64,000 nt of DNA from a bacterium (GCA_016699105.1 CP064960.1:328727-392726); one strand, 5' to 3'; positions 10,177-21,444 are shown, counted from the first letter of the stretch. Notes: generated from the letters alone by a model not told the origin. Translations and numbers: made by a program.

Positions 10177-11508
10177 AATGCTATTCTACAGCTAATGCTA
10201 CGCAAATTGGTAAAGCTTATTATTCCGGTCGGCGTCTTTCGAGTGGTCGAGCCAACAGGCCATCTTATGGAAGCTATTTTTTGGAACCTGGTGCTCGGTT
10301 TTCCGGCTCGGGGTTTGAAGGTAATAGGTGTAACCGGAACAGACGGCAAAACCACTACCAGTACCATGATCTACACCATGCTCAATGACGCTGGTATCAA
10401 GACTGGACTGATGACGACCATAGGCTACGGTGTGCCGGGGGATTGGCATGATAATCACGTCCATATGACCACTATGCAAACCAAGCCGATGCTGGAGCGT
10501 ATTCGACAACTGCGTCGCGCAGGCATAGAGTGCCTGGTGCTCGAAACAACTAGTCATGCCCTGGCTCAACACCGGGTGTGGGGGATACCGTACAGTGTGG
10601 CGGTAGTGACTAACATCACGCATGAACACCTGGATTACCATGGTACCTATGAACGTTACCGTGAAGCCAAGCTATTACTTTTTCGACAGGTGGCAGTGGG
10701 AAGTGGCCTCAAGATAGGAATTATCAACGCCGATGACTCAAGCGCGCCGTATTGTATGGCTACGGGTGTCAAACCGATGACCTATGGCGTAGTGGCTGCC
10801 AGTGCCGATTTGCGGGCGCGCGAGGTACGCAGTGGTGCCACTGGTAGTACCTACAAACTCAAGTTTGGTGATCAGCTTGCGACGGTTCAGGTCCACTTGC
10901 CAGGATCATTTAATGTCTCAAATTCATTGGCGGCAGCGGCGGTGGGGCAAGCATTGGGACTTTCGGCGCCACAGATTGTGCGTGGTATTGGTGCACTCAA
11001 AACGGTAGAAGGGCGCATGAATCAGATAGACGTTGGTCAAGATTTTGCAGTCATCGTCGATTTTGCTCACACACCGGATAGTTTCGACAAAATATTAGCC
11101 AGTATGCGCGATCTGACGCAAGGACGGTTGATTGTTATGTTTGGCTCTGCTGGCCGGCGAGATGTCAGCAAGCGGGGTAAGCAAGGGGCGATTGCCGGCA
11201 AATGGGCTGATGTAGTGGTGATTACTGAAGAAGATGATCGCGATGTGGACGGGCAAGAAATTATGGATCAGATAGCTGGCGGTGCCGAAAGCGCTGGAAA
11301 AGTGCGTAATACCAATCTGTTTTTGGTGCCTGACCGGACCGATGCCATCAATTTTGCGGTGAACAAAGCACGGTTTGGGCAAGGAGACACGGTACTCCTG
11401 CTCGGTAAGGGTCATGAGAAAACAATTGAACGGGCTGACGGTGAGCATCCCTGGGATGAACTAGATACTGCGCGCCAAGCGGTCAAACAGCGGTTGATGG
11501 CCAAATAG
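10159..11508 (+). CDS. murE: Mur ligase family protein, probably UDP-N-acetylmuramoyl-tripeptide ligase MurE
   Basis: 'VIGVTGTDGKTTTSTM' P-loop of Mur ligases, 449 aa, central and C-terminal Mur ligase domains present. Confidence 0.75.
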   Translation: MVQGRHNAILQLMLRKLVKLIIPVGVFRVVEPTGHLMEAIFWNLVLGFPARGLKVIGVTGTDGKTTTSTMIYTMLNDAGIKTGLMTTIGYGVPGDWHDNHVHMTTMQTKPMLERIRQLRRAGIECLVLETTSHALAQHRVWGIPYSVAVVTNITHEHLDYHGTYERYREAKLLLFRQVAVGSGLKIGIINADDSSAPYCMATGVKPMTYGVVAASADLRAREVRSGATGSTYKLKFGDQLATVQVHLPGSFNVSNSLAAAAVGQALGLSAPQIVRGIGALKTVEGRMNQIDVGQDFAVIVDFAHTPDSFDKILASMRDLTQGRLIVMFGSAGRRDVSKRGKQGAIAGKWADVVVITEEDDRDVDGQEIMDQIAGGAESAGKVRNTNLFLVPDRTDAINFAVNKARFGQGDTVLLLGKGHEKTIERADGEHPWDELDTARQAVKQRLMAK

Positions 11509-12588
11509 ATGAAGTTTGTATACGCTCGGGATCTTGATCTGCAGGATCTGCCGGAATCATCGGCGAGCGCCAATTGGTTAGTGGTTGATGCCGATGGAAA
11601 CATCCGGACTTGGAGCTGGTGGGCATTAATTTTCCTGATGTTGGCGGTGGTAATGAGCATCTTATTCCCGTCGCTCGGTGGCACCATGCAACTGCTCTTC
11701 ATGCTTTGTGTGATGGCGTATGTTTTGGCTGTATGGTTTGCGCAATCAAAGAATGATCGACAAACCGAAGGAGCGCTGTTGGCATTTGCAACCCGCAATC
11801 GTTGGTCATATGAACGTGCTGGACTCGGGGGATTAAATCAATCGAGTTTGCTGTGGCAACCGGATGCACAGTCGACGGTGCGGCATGGCTTGCGCAATCG
11901 AATGTCTGAATGGGATGTGGCTGTTTGGGATCATCAAGTAGTCCGGGGGACGGGCAAATCGCGGCAAGAGTGGCGCTTTACCGTCATTGCAGTGCGCTTA
12001 GATCGTATGGTGCCGCACATAGTCTGCGATAATCGCCATAACAATGGTCAGAATCTACTGGCTTCATTGCCGACACAGTTTGCGGGTAATCAAGAGTTGA
12101 AGCTCGAAGGCGATTTTCCACAACACTTCAAAGTGTATGCACCCAAAGACTACGAGCGCGATGCTTTGGTCTTTTTAACGCCGGATGTCATGCAGGCTTT
12201 GATGGCAACTGAAGTGGCTTGTGATTTTGAGCTGGTCGATAACGTGGCCTATGCCTATGTGCCAGGGGCGTTTCATCCCACTAAGTCAGCGGTGAGTAAA
12301 CTGTTGGCAGTTGTTGAAATGATGCAAAAAGAATTCGGCAAACAAAACCAGGGGTATCAACCGGCAGCGGATGTTAAATCGGTGGCAGCTACGATCGAAC
12401 CGGGTGGCCGACGTTTAAGGCAAACCAACCCGACATTGTATCTGATCATAGCGTCTGTTGGTGTTATGTTGTGGAATGCGACATTTGTCTTGCGACCGTT
12501 CATAGACAATGCATCGCCGTGGCTGATGGTTGTACCATTGTTTCTAGCAGGTTGCGTGGTGCTTGTATTGTGGCACCGCGGGCGTTAG
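11509..12588 (+). CDS. hypothetical membrane protein
   Basis: Hydrophobic segments at both ends. Immediately downstream of the Mur ligase and stops 6 nt before tyrA. Confidence 0.45.
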   Translation: MKFVYARDLDLQDLPESSASANWLVVDADGNIRTWSWWALIFLMLAVVMSILFPSLGGTMQLLFMLCVMAYVLAVWFAQSKNDRQTEGALLAFATRNRWSYERAGLGGLNQSSLLWQPDAQSTVRHGLRNRMSEWDVAVWDHQVVRGTGKSRQEWRFTVIAVRLDRMVPHIVCDNRHNNGQNLLASLPTQFAGNQELKLEGDFPQHFKVYAPKDYERDALVFLTPDVMQALMATEVACDFELVDNVAYAYVPGAFHPTKSAVSKLLAVVEMMQKEFGKQNQGYQPAADVKSVAATIEPGGRRLRQTNPTLYLIIASVGVMLWNATFVLRPFIDNASPWLMVVPLFLAGCVVLVLWHRGR

Positions 12589-12593
12589 GGCAT

Positions 12594-13319
12594 ATGAAAA
12601 CGGTAGGTATTATCGGTTTTGGCGTCTTTGGGGCTTTTATGACGCGGGTATTGGCTCCATACCTCCACGTGACGGTCAGCAGCCGACTAGCCAGCTCCGA
12701 AGCTGTCCAGTCGGTCGGGGGAACGCTGGTGAGTTTTTCTGATGCCTGCCGGGCAGATGTGGTGGTGCCGAGCGTGCCAGTGCAGAATCTGGAGACAGTC
12801 TTGCAGAAGATGGCGCCATTGCTGAAGGCGGGTACCCTTGTGGCAGATGTGGCTAGTGTTAAAACGGTGCCAGTGCAGTTGATGGAGCGCATATTGCCGG
12901 GTGACGTCGACATAGTGGCGACCCATCCATTGTTTGGTCCCCAGAGCGGTGCCAATGGGGTGCAGGGGCTACCGATGGTCATCTGGCCGGTGCGGGTATC
13001 GGATGGCCGTATGTACCGTCTCGAGACGTTTTTGAAGGACTGTCTGAGACTTGATGTGCAGCGAGTGAGTCCCGATGAACATGACCGGGAAATGGCCTAT
13101 GTGCACGCGTTGACGTTTCTGCTGGGTCGGGCTTTTCATGATCTGGATATACCTAACACACCGCTGAAAACCAAGACCTATCAGCATTTATTGGATGTAC
13201 GGCGAATCGTGGAGCATGATACGCCAGAATTATTTGAGACTATCCAAAAGTATAATCCCTATGCTGCCGACATGAGGCGGCGGCTGGTGGGGAGTTGGAA
13301 TCGTTGGAGCGCGAATTAG
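12594..13319 (+). CDS. tyrA: prephenate/arogenate dehydrogenase TyrA
   Basis: 'MKTVGIIGFGVFG' Rossmann fold and 'ATHPLFGPQSG' motif. Start moved to the ATG at 12594, after the upstream stop at 12588. Confidence 0.8.
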   Translation: MKTVGIIGFGVFGAFMTRVLAPYLHVTVSSRLASSEAVQSVGGTLVSFSDACRADVVVPSVPVQNLETVLQKMAPLLKAGTLVADVASVKTVPVQLMERILPGDVDIVATHPLFGPQSGANGVQGLPMVIWPVRVSDGRMYRLETFLKDCLRLDVQRVSPDEHDREMAYVHALTFLLGRAFHDLDIPNTPLKTKTYQHLLDVRRIVEHDTPELFETIQKYNPYAADMRRRLVGSWNRWSAN

Positions 13320-13337
13320 CTGTGGTAGAGTTGAGAC

Positions 13338-13724
13338 ATGAGTAACCACGAAGCAATTATGAAACTGGCCCTAGATGAAGCGGCGCTGGCTGTAAGAGAG
13401 GGCAATGCTCCATTTGCTTGTGTTGTAACTGATGAAGCTGGAAATGTCGTGATCAAAGAACATGACCGGGTAAATGAATATACGGATCCGACAGCCCACG
13501 GAGAAGTGAATGCCATTCGGGCTTTGTGCAAGCAGCTAAACAAACTTTCTCTGCGTGAATTTACTTTCTATACAACATCGGAACCATGTCCCACATGTAT
13601 GACTTGTATGATCAAGGCCAAGGTAGCACAAAACTTTTATGGTGCGAAAACTGAACCGACTGCCTCATTGTCAATTCCGGCTGAAGAGATAGCAAGACAG
13701 TCCAAAAATACCCTATATCAGTAG
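13338..13724 (+). CDS. CMP/dCMP-type nucleoside deaminase (TadA/guanine deaminase-like)
   Basis: 'AHGEVNAI' (HAE) and 'SEPCPTCMTCM' (PCxxC) zinc-binding motifs. Confidence 0.8.
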   Translation: MSNHEAIMKLALDEAALAVREGNAPFACVVTDEAGNVVIKEHDRVNEYTDPTAHGEVNAIRALCKQLNKLSLREFTFYTTSEPCPTCMTCMIKAKVAQNFYGAKTEPTASLSIPAEEIARQSKNTLYQ

Positions 13725-13776
13725 TAGGTGGAATTCTTGCCGACGAATGTCTTGAACAACGCAATCGTTTGCTGTC

Positions 13777-14666
13777 TTAATCTTGCTTGTTTAAAGTCAA
13801 ACTGACGCAGCGGATGCCACCGCCGGTGAGCTTAAATTGGCTAACACTTGTTGTGGACACCTCATAGCCGTGACTGCGCAGGTCGGCGGTTAATTTGGGA
13901 GCGGCATCGGTCATGACGACGGTGCGGCCGGTGCTAACTAAATTGCATGCAAAACCATCACGGGCTTCAGCCTCGTCGACTGAGATTATGGTAACTGGAT
14001 TGACGGGGCGTGTAGCTAAGCTCTGAATAGTTTGGCGGCTGTCGGGTAGAAGGGCGTCGAGGCAGACAGCCAGAACATTGGGAGCTATGACGGCTACGGC
14101 CAGATCGATGTCGTAATAGTAACTATCGGCTAGACCGGTAACAATATTAGTTTGTGGTTGGCCGTGTTCGTCTAATTGCGGCTTTGCCTGAATGGGAATG
14201 GGCGAGATGCCCAGCCAGTCGAAATCTTTGAGTAAAGCCGGCGTTAGCTTGGTGCGGTAGCCGTGTCCAAGAATGGCTTCATGGTCGTTGAATAGTAGAG
14301 TGTCGCCCTGGCCAGAGAAGTAATCGTGCGGCCGACGGCAATGAAACCCGAGTTGTTCGAGTTGGTCTTGGGCATACGGTTCTTCAGACTCGCGGGCATT
14401 GGGTAGTTTCGATAAGAGGGCTTTGCCTTGGTACGTCACGGCCCAATTAGCCGTGTAGACGCCATCTTGACAATCTGGTGGACTGGGAATCTGGACGACA
14501 TTGATACCGGCGGCTTTGATGGCAGATTGATATGTTCAAACTGCTGCTGAGCGTTGCGGCGATCGGGGCCATGATGAGTATCTTCATAGGCATTAATTCC
14601 GGCGATGCCGATGTGGTTCGGATCAGTCATCAGGATGTGGTGATTGAGCATTGGTTGCTCAGTCAT
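13777..14666 (-). CDS. amidinotransferase/DDAH-family protein (dimethylarginine dimethylaminohydrolase-like), one apparent frameshift near 14465
   Basis: C-terminal '[10 protein letters not shown]' matches the catalytic Cys region of DDAH and arginine deiminase. Two ORFs join across a single-nucleotide shift. Confidence 0.6.
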
Positions 14667-15248
14667 GCTTGGATATGATCATGAACGAGGTGAAGTTAAA
14701 CTTGAGGTCTTGGATGCTCGGCTCGAGGATCTCCAAGCCATATAGCTTGGCGGCGGTGGCAGAGGCAATGACGGCCACATTTGCTCTAGCTTGCCTTCGG
14801 CGAGATCCTTAGCAGCTAATGCGGTGTCAGCATATTCGACATGCTCAATTTTGGGCCAACTGCGGCGCAGGTAAAATTTACATTGGGCCAAGGCTTGATG
14901 ATGCGACACAATCTTTTGAATAGTTTCACGCTTGCTGCCTGGTTTGACGATCAGATTTTGGTGAACATCAATCTCTAATATACCTTCGATATGGTAGAGA
15001 AAATCGGCTGAGGCGTAGACGGTTTCAACGACAATGCCTCCATTGGAATTCTCCAGAGGCACCACGCCGTACTGTACCTTGCCAGTGGCGACCATTTCCA
15101 TGGTATCGCGGGCGGTGGTGGCATAGACCGTTTCAGCCTGGAGGCTTTCAACGCGCATAAACTTGGCAGCGGCTTCTTCCGAAAAACTGCCGGCAATACC
15201 GGAAATAGCGATCTTTGGTAGATTTGAGTTTGATTCTGCTTGTGCCAT
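14659..15248 (-). CDS. pheA: prephenate dehydratase (PDT domain only, no ACT domain), apparent frameshift near 14800
   Basis: '[15 protein letters not shown]' and '[12 protein letters not shown]' PDT motifs. The true C-terminus '[40 protein letters not shown]' is recovered in another frame. Its stop overlaps the ATG of the downstream gene within 'ATGACTGA'. Confidence 0.7.
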
Positions 15249-15404
15249 TGCTATAACGGTACCAGATGAGCTGGAATTTGGGTATAGCGCTGGCTGTACG
15301 CAATACTGATAAATCGCTGATTTGAGGCGGAAGATTTAGAAGATTGCCAGACGATCGTGCGCGAGCTTAGAGAGATAATCGGACAACGCTTAATCTAACG
15401 GGAG

Positions 15405-15716
15405 GTGTGTATGAAGAAGTTACTTATGCAAATGGCTGGTGGCGGTGCTCTAGCGCTAGCATTTGGATTGGTGTCAGCTGGTGGTGCGGCGGCATCCGAC
15501 GGCCATAAAGAGTATAAGCATGATTGCGATCGTGGCAAGGTAGAGCAGCGCGATTGGAATCATGCCGACAAAGCCAAGTGGCATCACTGGAAGCAGGGTG
15601 AGCACAAATATCAGATGGTAAGCTACCGTCATGACAAAGATTGTGACCCCAAGGTAACGTATGCCAAGTATGAAGCCAAGCACGACAATTGGTCGAAGGA
15701 TCGCGACTGCGATTAA
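15405..15716 (+). CDS. small secreted His/Lys/Asp/Trp-rich protein with three DCD motifs
   Basis: Signal peptide 'MKKLLMQMAGGGALALAFGLVSAGGAAAS', then the repeated motifs KHDCDRGK, RHDKDCDPK and KDRDCD. GGAGG RBS upstream. Confidence 0.55.
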   Translation: MCMKKLLMQMAGGGALALAFGLVSAGGAAASDGHKEYKHDCDRGKVEQRDWNHADKAKWHHWKQGEHKYQMVSYRHDKDCDPKVTYAKYEAKHDNWSKDRDCD

Positions 15717-15749
15717 GCCGGCTGGCTGACAACTCAATCAACCTTGGTA

Positions 15750-15781
15750 CCCCGCCCCTCTATACCAGAGGGGCGGGCGGC
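15750..15781 (+). terminator. GC-rich stem-loop, probably a terminator
   Basis: CCCCGCCCCTCT...AGAGGGGCGGG perfect inverted repeat after the small secreted ORF. No T-run follows. Confidence 0.4.
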
Positions 15782-15795
15782 GTATAATAGGTGAT

Positions 15796-17159
15796 ATGAA
15801 TTTTGTTGAATCTATCTTTAAAGCGTATGACGTTCGAGGAATTTCTGGTGAAGAGTTAACTGACGAAGTAGCACGAGCCTACGGGCGGGCAGCAGCCGAT
15901 TGTCTACCACATAAGGGTCCAGTGATTGTTGGACGTGATATGAGAGTAGATTCAGAAAGTTTGGCAGCTGCAGTCATCGATGGTTTGACGCAGCAAGGCC
16001 GCGACGTCTGGGATATTGGTCTGGTTACGACCGATATGGTATATTTTGCGGCTGGGAAATTTGCCGAAACTGCCGGTGGAATCATGGTGACAGCCAGCCA
16101 CAACCCCGGAAAATACAACGGCATCAAAATGGTTGGTCATGGCTCGGTGCCCATGGGAGCCGCCAATGGCCTTTTGGATATCAAGCAAAAACTGGTTGAT
16201 GATGATTTCGCGCCACCAGCGCCAAACCGCGGCCAAGTGACCAAGAAAACTATCCATGACGATTGGGTTGATCAAATCCTGACGTTTATGAATCTAGACG
16301 CACTCAAGCCTTACCACATAGCTGTTGATGCCGGTAATGGTATGGGCGGGGCAATATTCCCTCATTTGGGGGCAAGATTGCCTTTAAGGTGGAGGAAATG
16401 TACTTTGAGCTTGACGGGACGTTTCCTAATCACATAGCCAATCCTCATCTCTATGAGACGCTGACCGATTTGTGTAATAAGGTGCGCCAGGGAAAACTTG
16501 ATTTTGGTTTAGCTTTTGACGGTGATGGCGACCGCGGCGGGATAGTGGATGAATCTGGCCGACCAGTGCCTGAGCACGTGATGGGAGCAATGCTCGTTGC
16601 CTATTTTTTGAAGAACCATCCTGGAGCCTCCATTGTGTATGATTTGCGGACGAGTCATATCGTCAAAGATACGATTGTGGCGCACGGCGGACAGGCATTG
16701 CGTTGCAAAGTTGGTAATGATGCGATCAAAACCATGATGCGCCAAAGTGGTGCGGTGCTGGGTATCGAAGCATCGGGTCACTATTACTTCCGAGACGATT
16801 ATTACAGTGACTCTGGCATTATTGCCGTCATGAGCGTGGTCAGTATTTTGGCTGAGTCGGGCAAACGATTGAGTGAACTAGTCAAAGAATATGAGTCGGT
16901 TTACGCGACAGCACATGAAACTAATCTTGAAGTCGATAATGCAGCTATGGTAACGACCAAGCTGGCCGAAACTTTTGCTGATGGACAGCAGGATAGACTA
17001 GATGGATTAACGGTGACATTTCCCGATTGGTGGTTTAACTTGCGGGCCAGTAATACGGAACCAGTGGTCAGGCTAAATATTGAAGCGAGTAATGAAGACT
17101 TACTCGCCGAAAAAAAGGCAGCAGTTGAGGCCGTGATAGGAGGTCGGGTACATGGCTAA
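15796..17159 (+). CDS. phosphomannomutase/phosphoglucomutase (alpha-D-phosphohexomutase), apparent frameshift near 16390-16437
   Basis: 'KAYDVRGI' and active-site 'TASHNPGKYNGIKM'. Two overlapping ORFs are collinear with the PMM/PGM family. Confidence 0.75.
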
Positions 17160-18704
17160 TCTACGTGATAGTCTCTCGTATGATCCCAAAGAAATGGGAT
17201 TTGGTACTTCGGGCTTGCGGGACCTGGTAACTGTTATGACTGATCTGGAATGTTATATCAATACGACAGGATTTCTCACTTTCTTGAGTGAATCTGGGCA
17301 AATTAAAGCTGATGATGTCGTGTATGTGGCAGGCGATCTCCGCGAAAGTACGCCGCGGATAATCCGCGCAGTGATGCAAGCCATCATCGATGCGGGATAC
17401 CGAGTTGAATATAACGGGTTTATTCCCACGCCGGCGCTGGCTTATCGGTCCTTTACCAGGGAGCTGGCATCATGGTTACGGGTAGCCATATTCCGGCAGA
17501 TCGTAATGGTATTAAGTTTAATAAACCAGATGGTGAAGTACTTAAACCAGATGAAGCTGGAATTCACGCAGCGGTATCGGTGGTGCGGGCGCGGCTTTAC
17601 TCGCAAGATATCCAACAATCTGCCTTCGACGGACAGGGTATGCTCAAACAAACACCCTCACTACCAGAGATAGTTAATGCCGGCCGTGCATATAATGAGC
17701 GTTATACTCATATTTTTGCAGACCAACCATTGGCTGGTAAAAAAGTAATCTTCTATCAACATTCAGCCGTGGGCCGAGATTTGTTGGTGGAATTACTGCG
17801 TGAACTCGGCGCCGATGTGGAACCAGTCGGAAGATCCGACCATTTCATCCCGATTGATAGCGAAAATGTAAAACCCGAGCACCGGGCTTATTTCAAGGAG
17901 TTAGCTGAGCAATACCCAGGATCTTTGGCGATTGTATCAACTGACGGTGATAGTGACCGCCCATTTGTGGTCGATGAAACCGGAGAATTTCACCGCGGGG
18001 ATATCTTGGGGGCGGTGGTGGCGCATTGGCTCAAAGCTGATTTCGCAGCTTATCCAATCAGTAACAGTGATGCGGCCGATATCTGGCTCGGACAGCAAGG
18101 AGTGCCAATTAATCATACGAAAATCGGGTCGCCCTTTGTGATCGCGGCAATGAACGAAGCGGAAGCTGCCGGAAAGACAAAAGTAGTCGGTTGGGAAGCT
18201 AATGGTGGCTTCTTGATTGGATCAGACTTGGATGTGCGAGGCCGGAAAATGACGGCGTTGGCGACACGTGACGCCATACTGCCGATTATCGTAGCTTTGG
18301 TAGCGGCTAGTGAGGCTGGTCAGACAATTTCGGAGCTATTTGCTGGTCTGCCTCAGCGTTATACACAGTCGGGATTGATCGACGATTTTCCAGCTGATGT
18401 ATACCGGCACATGGTCGAACGATTTGGGCAAGACACGCCGGAAGCCAAAGTACTGCTAGCAAGATTCTTTGGGTCCGACAATGGTTTTGGCGATATCACG
18501 AAGATCAATACGCTTGATGGTATTCGGATGTACTTTGAGAACGGTGATATTGCGCATTTACGCCAGTCGAGCAACGCGCCGCAACTTCGTATCTATACCG
18601 TGGCCAATACTCAGGACCGGGCGAATGAAATGGCCGCACAGGCATTAGCCGAACCAGATGGAATTTTTAGACAAATTCAGAAGCTGATTGAATCTGGCGG
18701 CTAA
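17152..18704 (+). CDS. second alpha-D-phosphohexomutase family paralog, apparent frameshift near 17465
   Basis: 'GTSGLRDLV' N-terminus, then 'GIMVTGSHIPADRNGIKF' active-site serine loop and an 'ISTDGDSDR' metal-binding loop. Confidence 0.7.
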
Positions 18705-18716
18705 GCAGCGGGTGAG

Positions 18717-19016
18717 CTAGCGATTCTGATAGTCATTGAATAGGCGTAATTCAAGCTGCGCTCCAGGTAGGGCATGGGTGATTCGTAAAAGTAGATTAAT
18801 ACTTGGGTTGCCTTGGCCGGCTTCGATTTGAGCTATGACCGATTGGGTAGTGCCGGCGAGCTGGGCAACGTATTTTTGCGATAATGACCAAGTTTGACGA
18901 CGCTCTCTGATGCGTATGCCAAATTGTGTTAATTGGCGTCTTGTTTGTTTATGGCTGCTTTCTAATATGGCTTGCTGGCGAGCTTGGACGAAGTTATTGG
19001 TAATTTTTGCAGGCAT
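18717..19016 (-). CDS. XRE-family HTH transcriptional regulator
   Basis: 'LSQKYVAQLAGTTQSVIAQIEAG' HTH_3 motif. Divergent from groES. Confidence 0.7.
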   Translation of the reverse strand: MPAKITNNFVQARQQAILESSHKQTRRQLTQFGIRIRERRQTWSLSQKYVAQLAGTTQSVIAQIEAGQGNPSINLLLRITHALPGAQLELRLFNDYQNR

Positions 19017-19049
19017 TGGGTGAACCTTTCAGGTATAAAACTGGAATTG

Positions 19050-19098
19050 ATATGCTACAGCATATACATTTCATATGCTACAACATATCATTTTCATG
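19050..19098. promoter_or_regulatory. two palindromic direct repeats, candidate operators
   Basis: ATATGCTACAGCATAT and ATATGCTACAACATAT, 25 nt apart, in the promoter region of the XRE regulator. Confidence 0.4.
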
Positions 19099-19157
19099 TT
19101 TTACTTAAAGTTGCTTCATAAACCCTTTGTGAATAATAGGGCGCGACGACAGCCCTC

Positions 19158-19218
19158 TTGACGCCAAAAACGCATAACGCTATCGTAAGGGCTGGCACTC
19201 GTGCTAAGAGAGTGCTAA
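19158..19218 (+). promoter_or_regulatory. groES promoter (TTGACG-N17-TATCGT) plus CIRCE operator
   Basis: CIRCE 'CTGGCACTC-GTGCTAAGA-GAGTGCTAA' (19192-19218) matches the HrcA consensus TTAGCACTC-N9-GAGTGCTAA with 2 left-arm mismatches. -35/-10 elements lie just upstream. Confidence 0.75.
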
Positions 19219-19286
19219 AGTAGATACACAAGGGTGGCGACACCCTTATTCAATCTTATAAACGAAAAATAACCAAGGAGTGTGGT

Positions 19287-19556
19287 ATGACGTTACAACC
19301 GCTCGGCGACAGAATTGTAGCCGAACCAGTAGAGGCCCAAACCAAGACGGCAGCCGGTATCTTATTGCCGGATCAAGCTAAAACCAAGACTCAGCAAGCC
19401 AAAGTGTTGGCGGTGGGCAAAGAGGTCAAAGAAGTGAAAGTCGGTGATATCATCGTGCACACCGAGTATGGTCCTAACCACTTCAAGCAAGATGCCAACA
19501 AAGAGCTGCTTATCGTCAAAGAAGAAGACGTACTGGCAGTAGTTAAGACCAAATAA
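19287..19556 (+). CDS. groES: co-chaperonin GroES
   Basis: '[27 protein letters not shown]' GroES signature, 89 aa. Confidence 0.9.
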   Translation: MTLQPLGDRIVAEPVEAQTKTAAGILLPDQAKTKTQQAKVLAVGKEVKEVKVGDIIVHTEYGPNHFKQDANKELLIVKEEDVLAVVKTK

Positions 19557-19573
19557 GGAGTAGATTACCAGAT

Positions 19574-21230
19574 ATGGCAAAGAAGATTTTTTATGATGAC
19601 GATGCCCGCGGCCGGGTACTAGCCGGGGCCAAAGAACTGTATGAGGCCGTGCGTGTAACCATGGGCCCGAAAGGCCGCAATGTGGTGGTATCCAAGAGCT
19701 ACGGTGGACGAGCGTGACTCACGATGGTGTGAGTGTGGCTAAGGCCGTGGAAATTGAAGCGCGCAATGACGAGACATTGGGTCGCGGTGTGGGTGCTGAA
19801 CTGATTAAATCGGCGGCTTCCAAGACTGCCGACAACGTCGGTGATGGTACGACGACCTCAACCGTATTGACCTACCACATCTTGGCTGAGGCCAACAAGT
19901 TGATTGCCGCCGGACACAACCCCATGGATCTCAAGAAAGGCTTAGATCAGGCCGCTGAGATAGTATTGGCTGGTGTACCTGGCATGACCGAGAAGATTGC
20001 TGGCAACCGGGCTAAGATTGCCCAGGTGGCTACTATTTCAGCTGGTGACGGTGAGATTGGTGATCTGATCGCCGAAGTTATTGAAGCTGTAGGTGAAGAC
20101 GGTACGGTGACTGTTGAGCAATCGCAAGGTTTGGCTCTAGAAAAGGAAGTTGTCGAAGGATTCAAGATCGATCGGGGATACGTTAGCCAATATATGGTGA
20201 CCGATCCTGCTCGCATGGAAGCTGTCTACGAGAAGCCCATGATCCTGGTAACCGACAAAAAAATTGGTGGTATCCAAGAGATTTTGCCACTGCTCGAGAA
20301 AATGGCTCAGGGTGGTAAGAAAGACCTGGTCATCGTAGCTGAAGATGTGGAAGGTGAAGCATTGGCCACTTTGGTACTCAACAAGCTCAAGGGTGTATTC
20401 AACACCTTGGCTATTAAGGCGCCGGCTTTTGGTGACCGTCGCAAAGCTATCTTGCAAGATATCGCCGAGCTGACGGGTGCAACGGTGATTACTTAAGAGC
20501 AAGGCTATACCTTCGAAAACGCTACCTTGGCCATGCTAGGTAGTGCCCGCAAGGTGATTGCTGGTAAAGACGACACCACTATTATTGAAGGTTATGGTGA
20601 CGCCAAGAGCGTGACAGCCCGGATTGCAGAAATTCGCGCCCAGATCGACAATGCAACCAGCGAGTATGACAAAGAAAACCTAGAGAAGCGCCTGAGCGCC
20701 TTGGCCGGCAAAGTAGCCGTCATCAAGGTCGGTGGTGCCACCGAGACTGAAATCAACGAAAGAAAGACCGCGTCGATGACGCTGTAGCCGCTACCAAGGC
20801 AGCTGTAGCTGAAGGTATCGTGCCTGGCGGCGGTGTGACTCTGGTAGACCTGAGCAAGAAGCTGACGGTTGAGCCAACCAAGATTGGTTCCAGCGCCGAA
20901 GCTGGTCACTTGGTGCTCAAGCGCGCCTTGGTGCAGCCTTTCCGTGAACTCATGCGCAACGCTGGTTTTAACCCGGACGAGAAGCTACCGGCCGTATTGG
21001 CTGCCAAGACCGGGGGACAGGGCTTTGACGTAACGGCTGCCGGTGCGTTGGTTGACCTCAAGGCCAAAGGAATTGTCGACCCAGCCAAGGTGGTACGTGA
21101 AGCCGTGCAGAACGCGGTATCGATCGCCGGTACTGCCATGACCATGGGTGCGCTCATTGTAGACATCCCCGAAGAGAAGAGTGCTGCCGGTGGTGGTATG
21201 CCGGGTGGTATGGGTGGTATGGACTATTAA
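19574..21230 (+). CDS. groEL: chaperonin GroEL, at least three apparent frameshifts
   Basis: Starts '[38 protein letters not shown]'. Four collinear ORF pieces end in a 'GGMGGMDY' tail. Confidence 0.85.
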
Positions 21231-21377
21231 GTAAGTAATATAGGCTGCGCGAACAGCCATGCTCGATTGCCTTGCGAAACTCACTGAAGTTCGAACATTC
21301 TCAGGCTTCTCCAGCATAACTGTTCGCTAGCCGTCGCTTACTGCCCACGTTCGTAAAAGTAAAAATGTGCAGGTATT

Positions 21378-21410
21378 AAAAGAGGCCCCTGGTGGAGTGG
21401 GCCTCTTTTA
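21378..21410 (+). terminator. groEL terminator
   Basis: AAAGAGGCCC-CTGGTGGAGT-GGGCCTCTTTTAT hairpin followed by T-run. Confidence 0.6.
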
Positions 21411-21444
21411 TAATTGATTATTTATGTTTATTGTGACATAAGTG

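Noticed and set aside
15474-15737. Hydrophobic 87-aa ORF antisense to the small secreted protein
   Set aside because: Mirror-image artefact of Lys/His/Asp-rich codons. The sense ORF has a signal peptide and an RBS.
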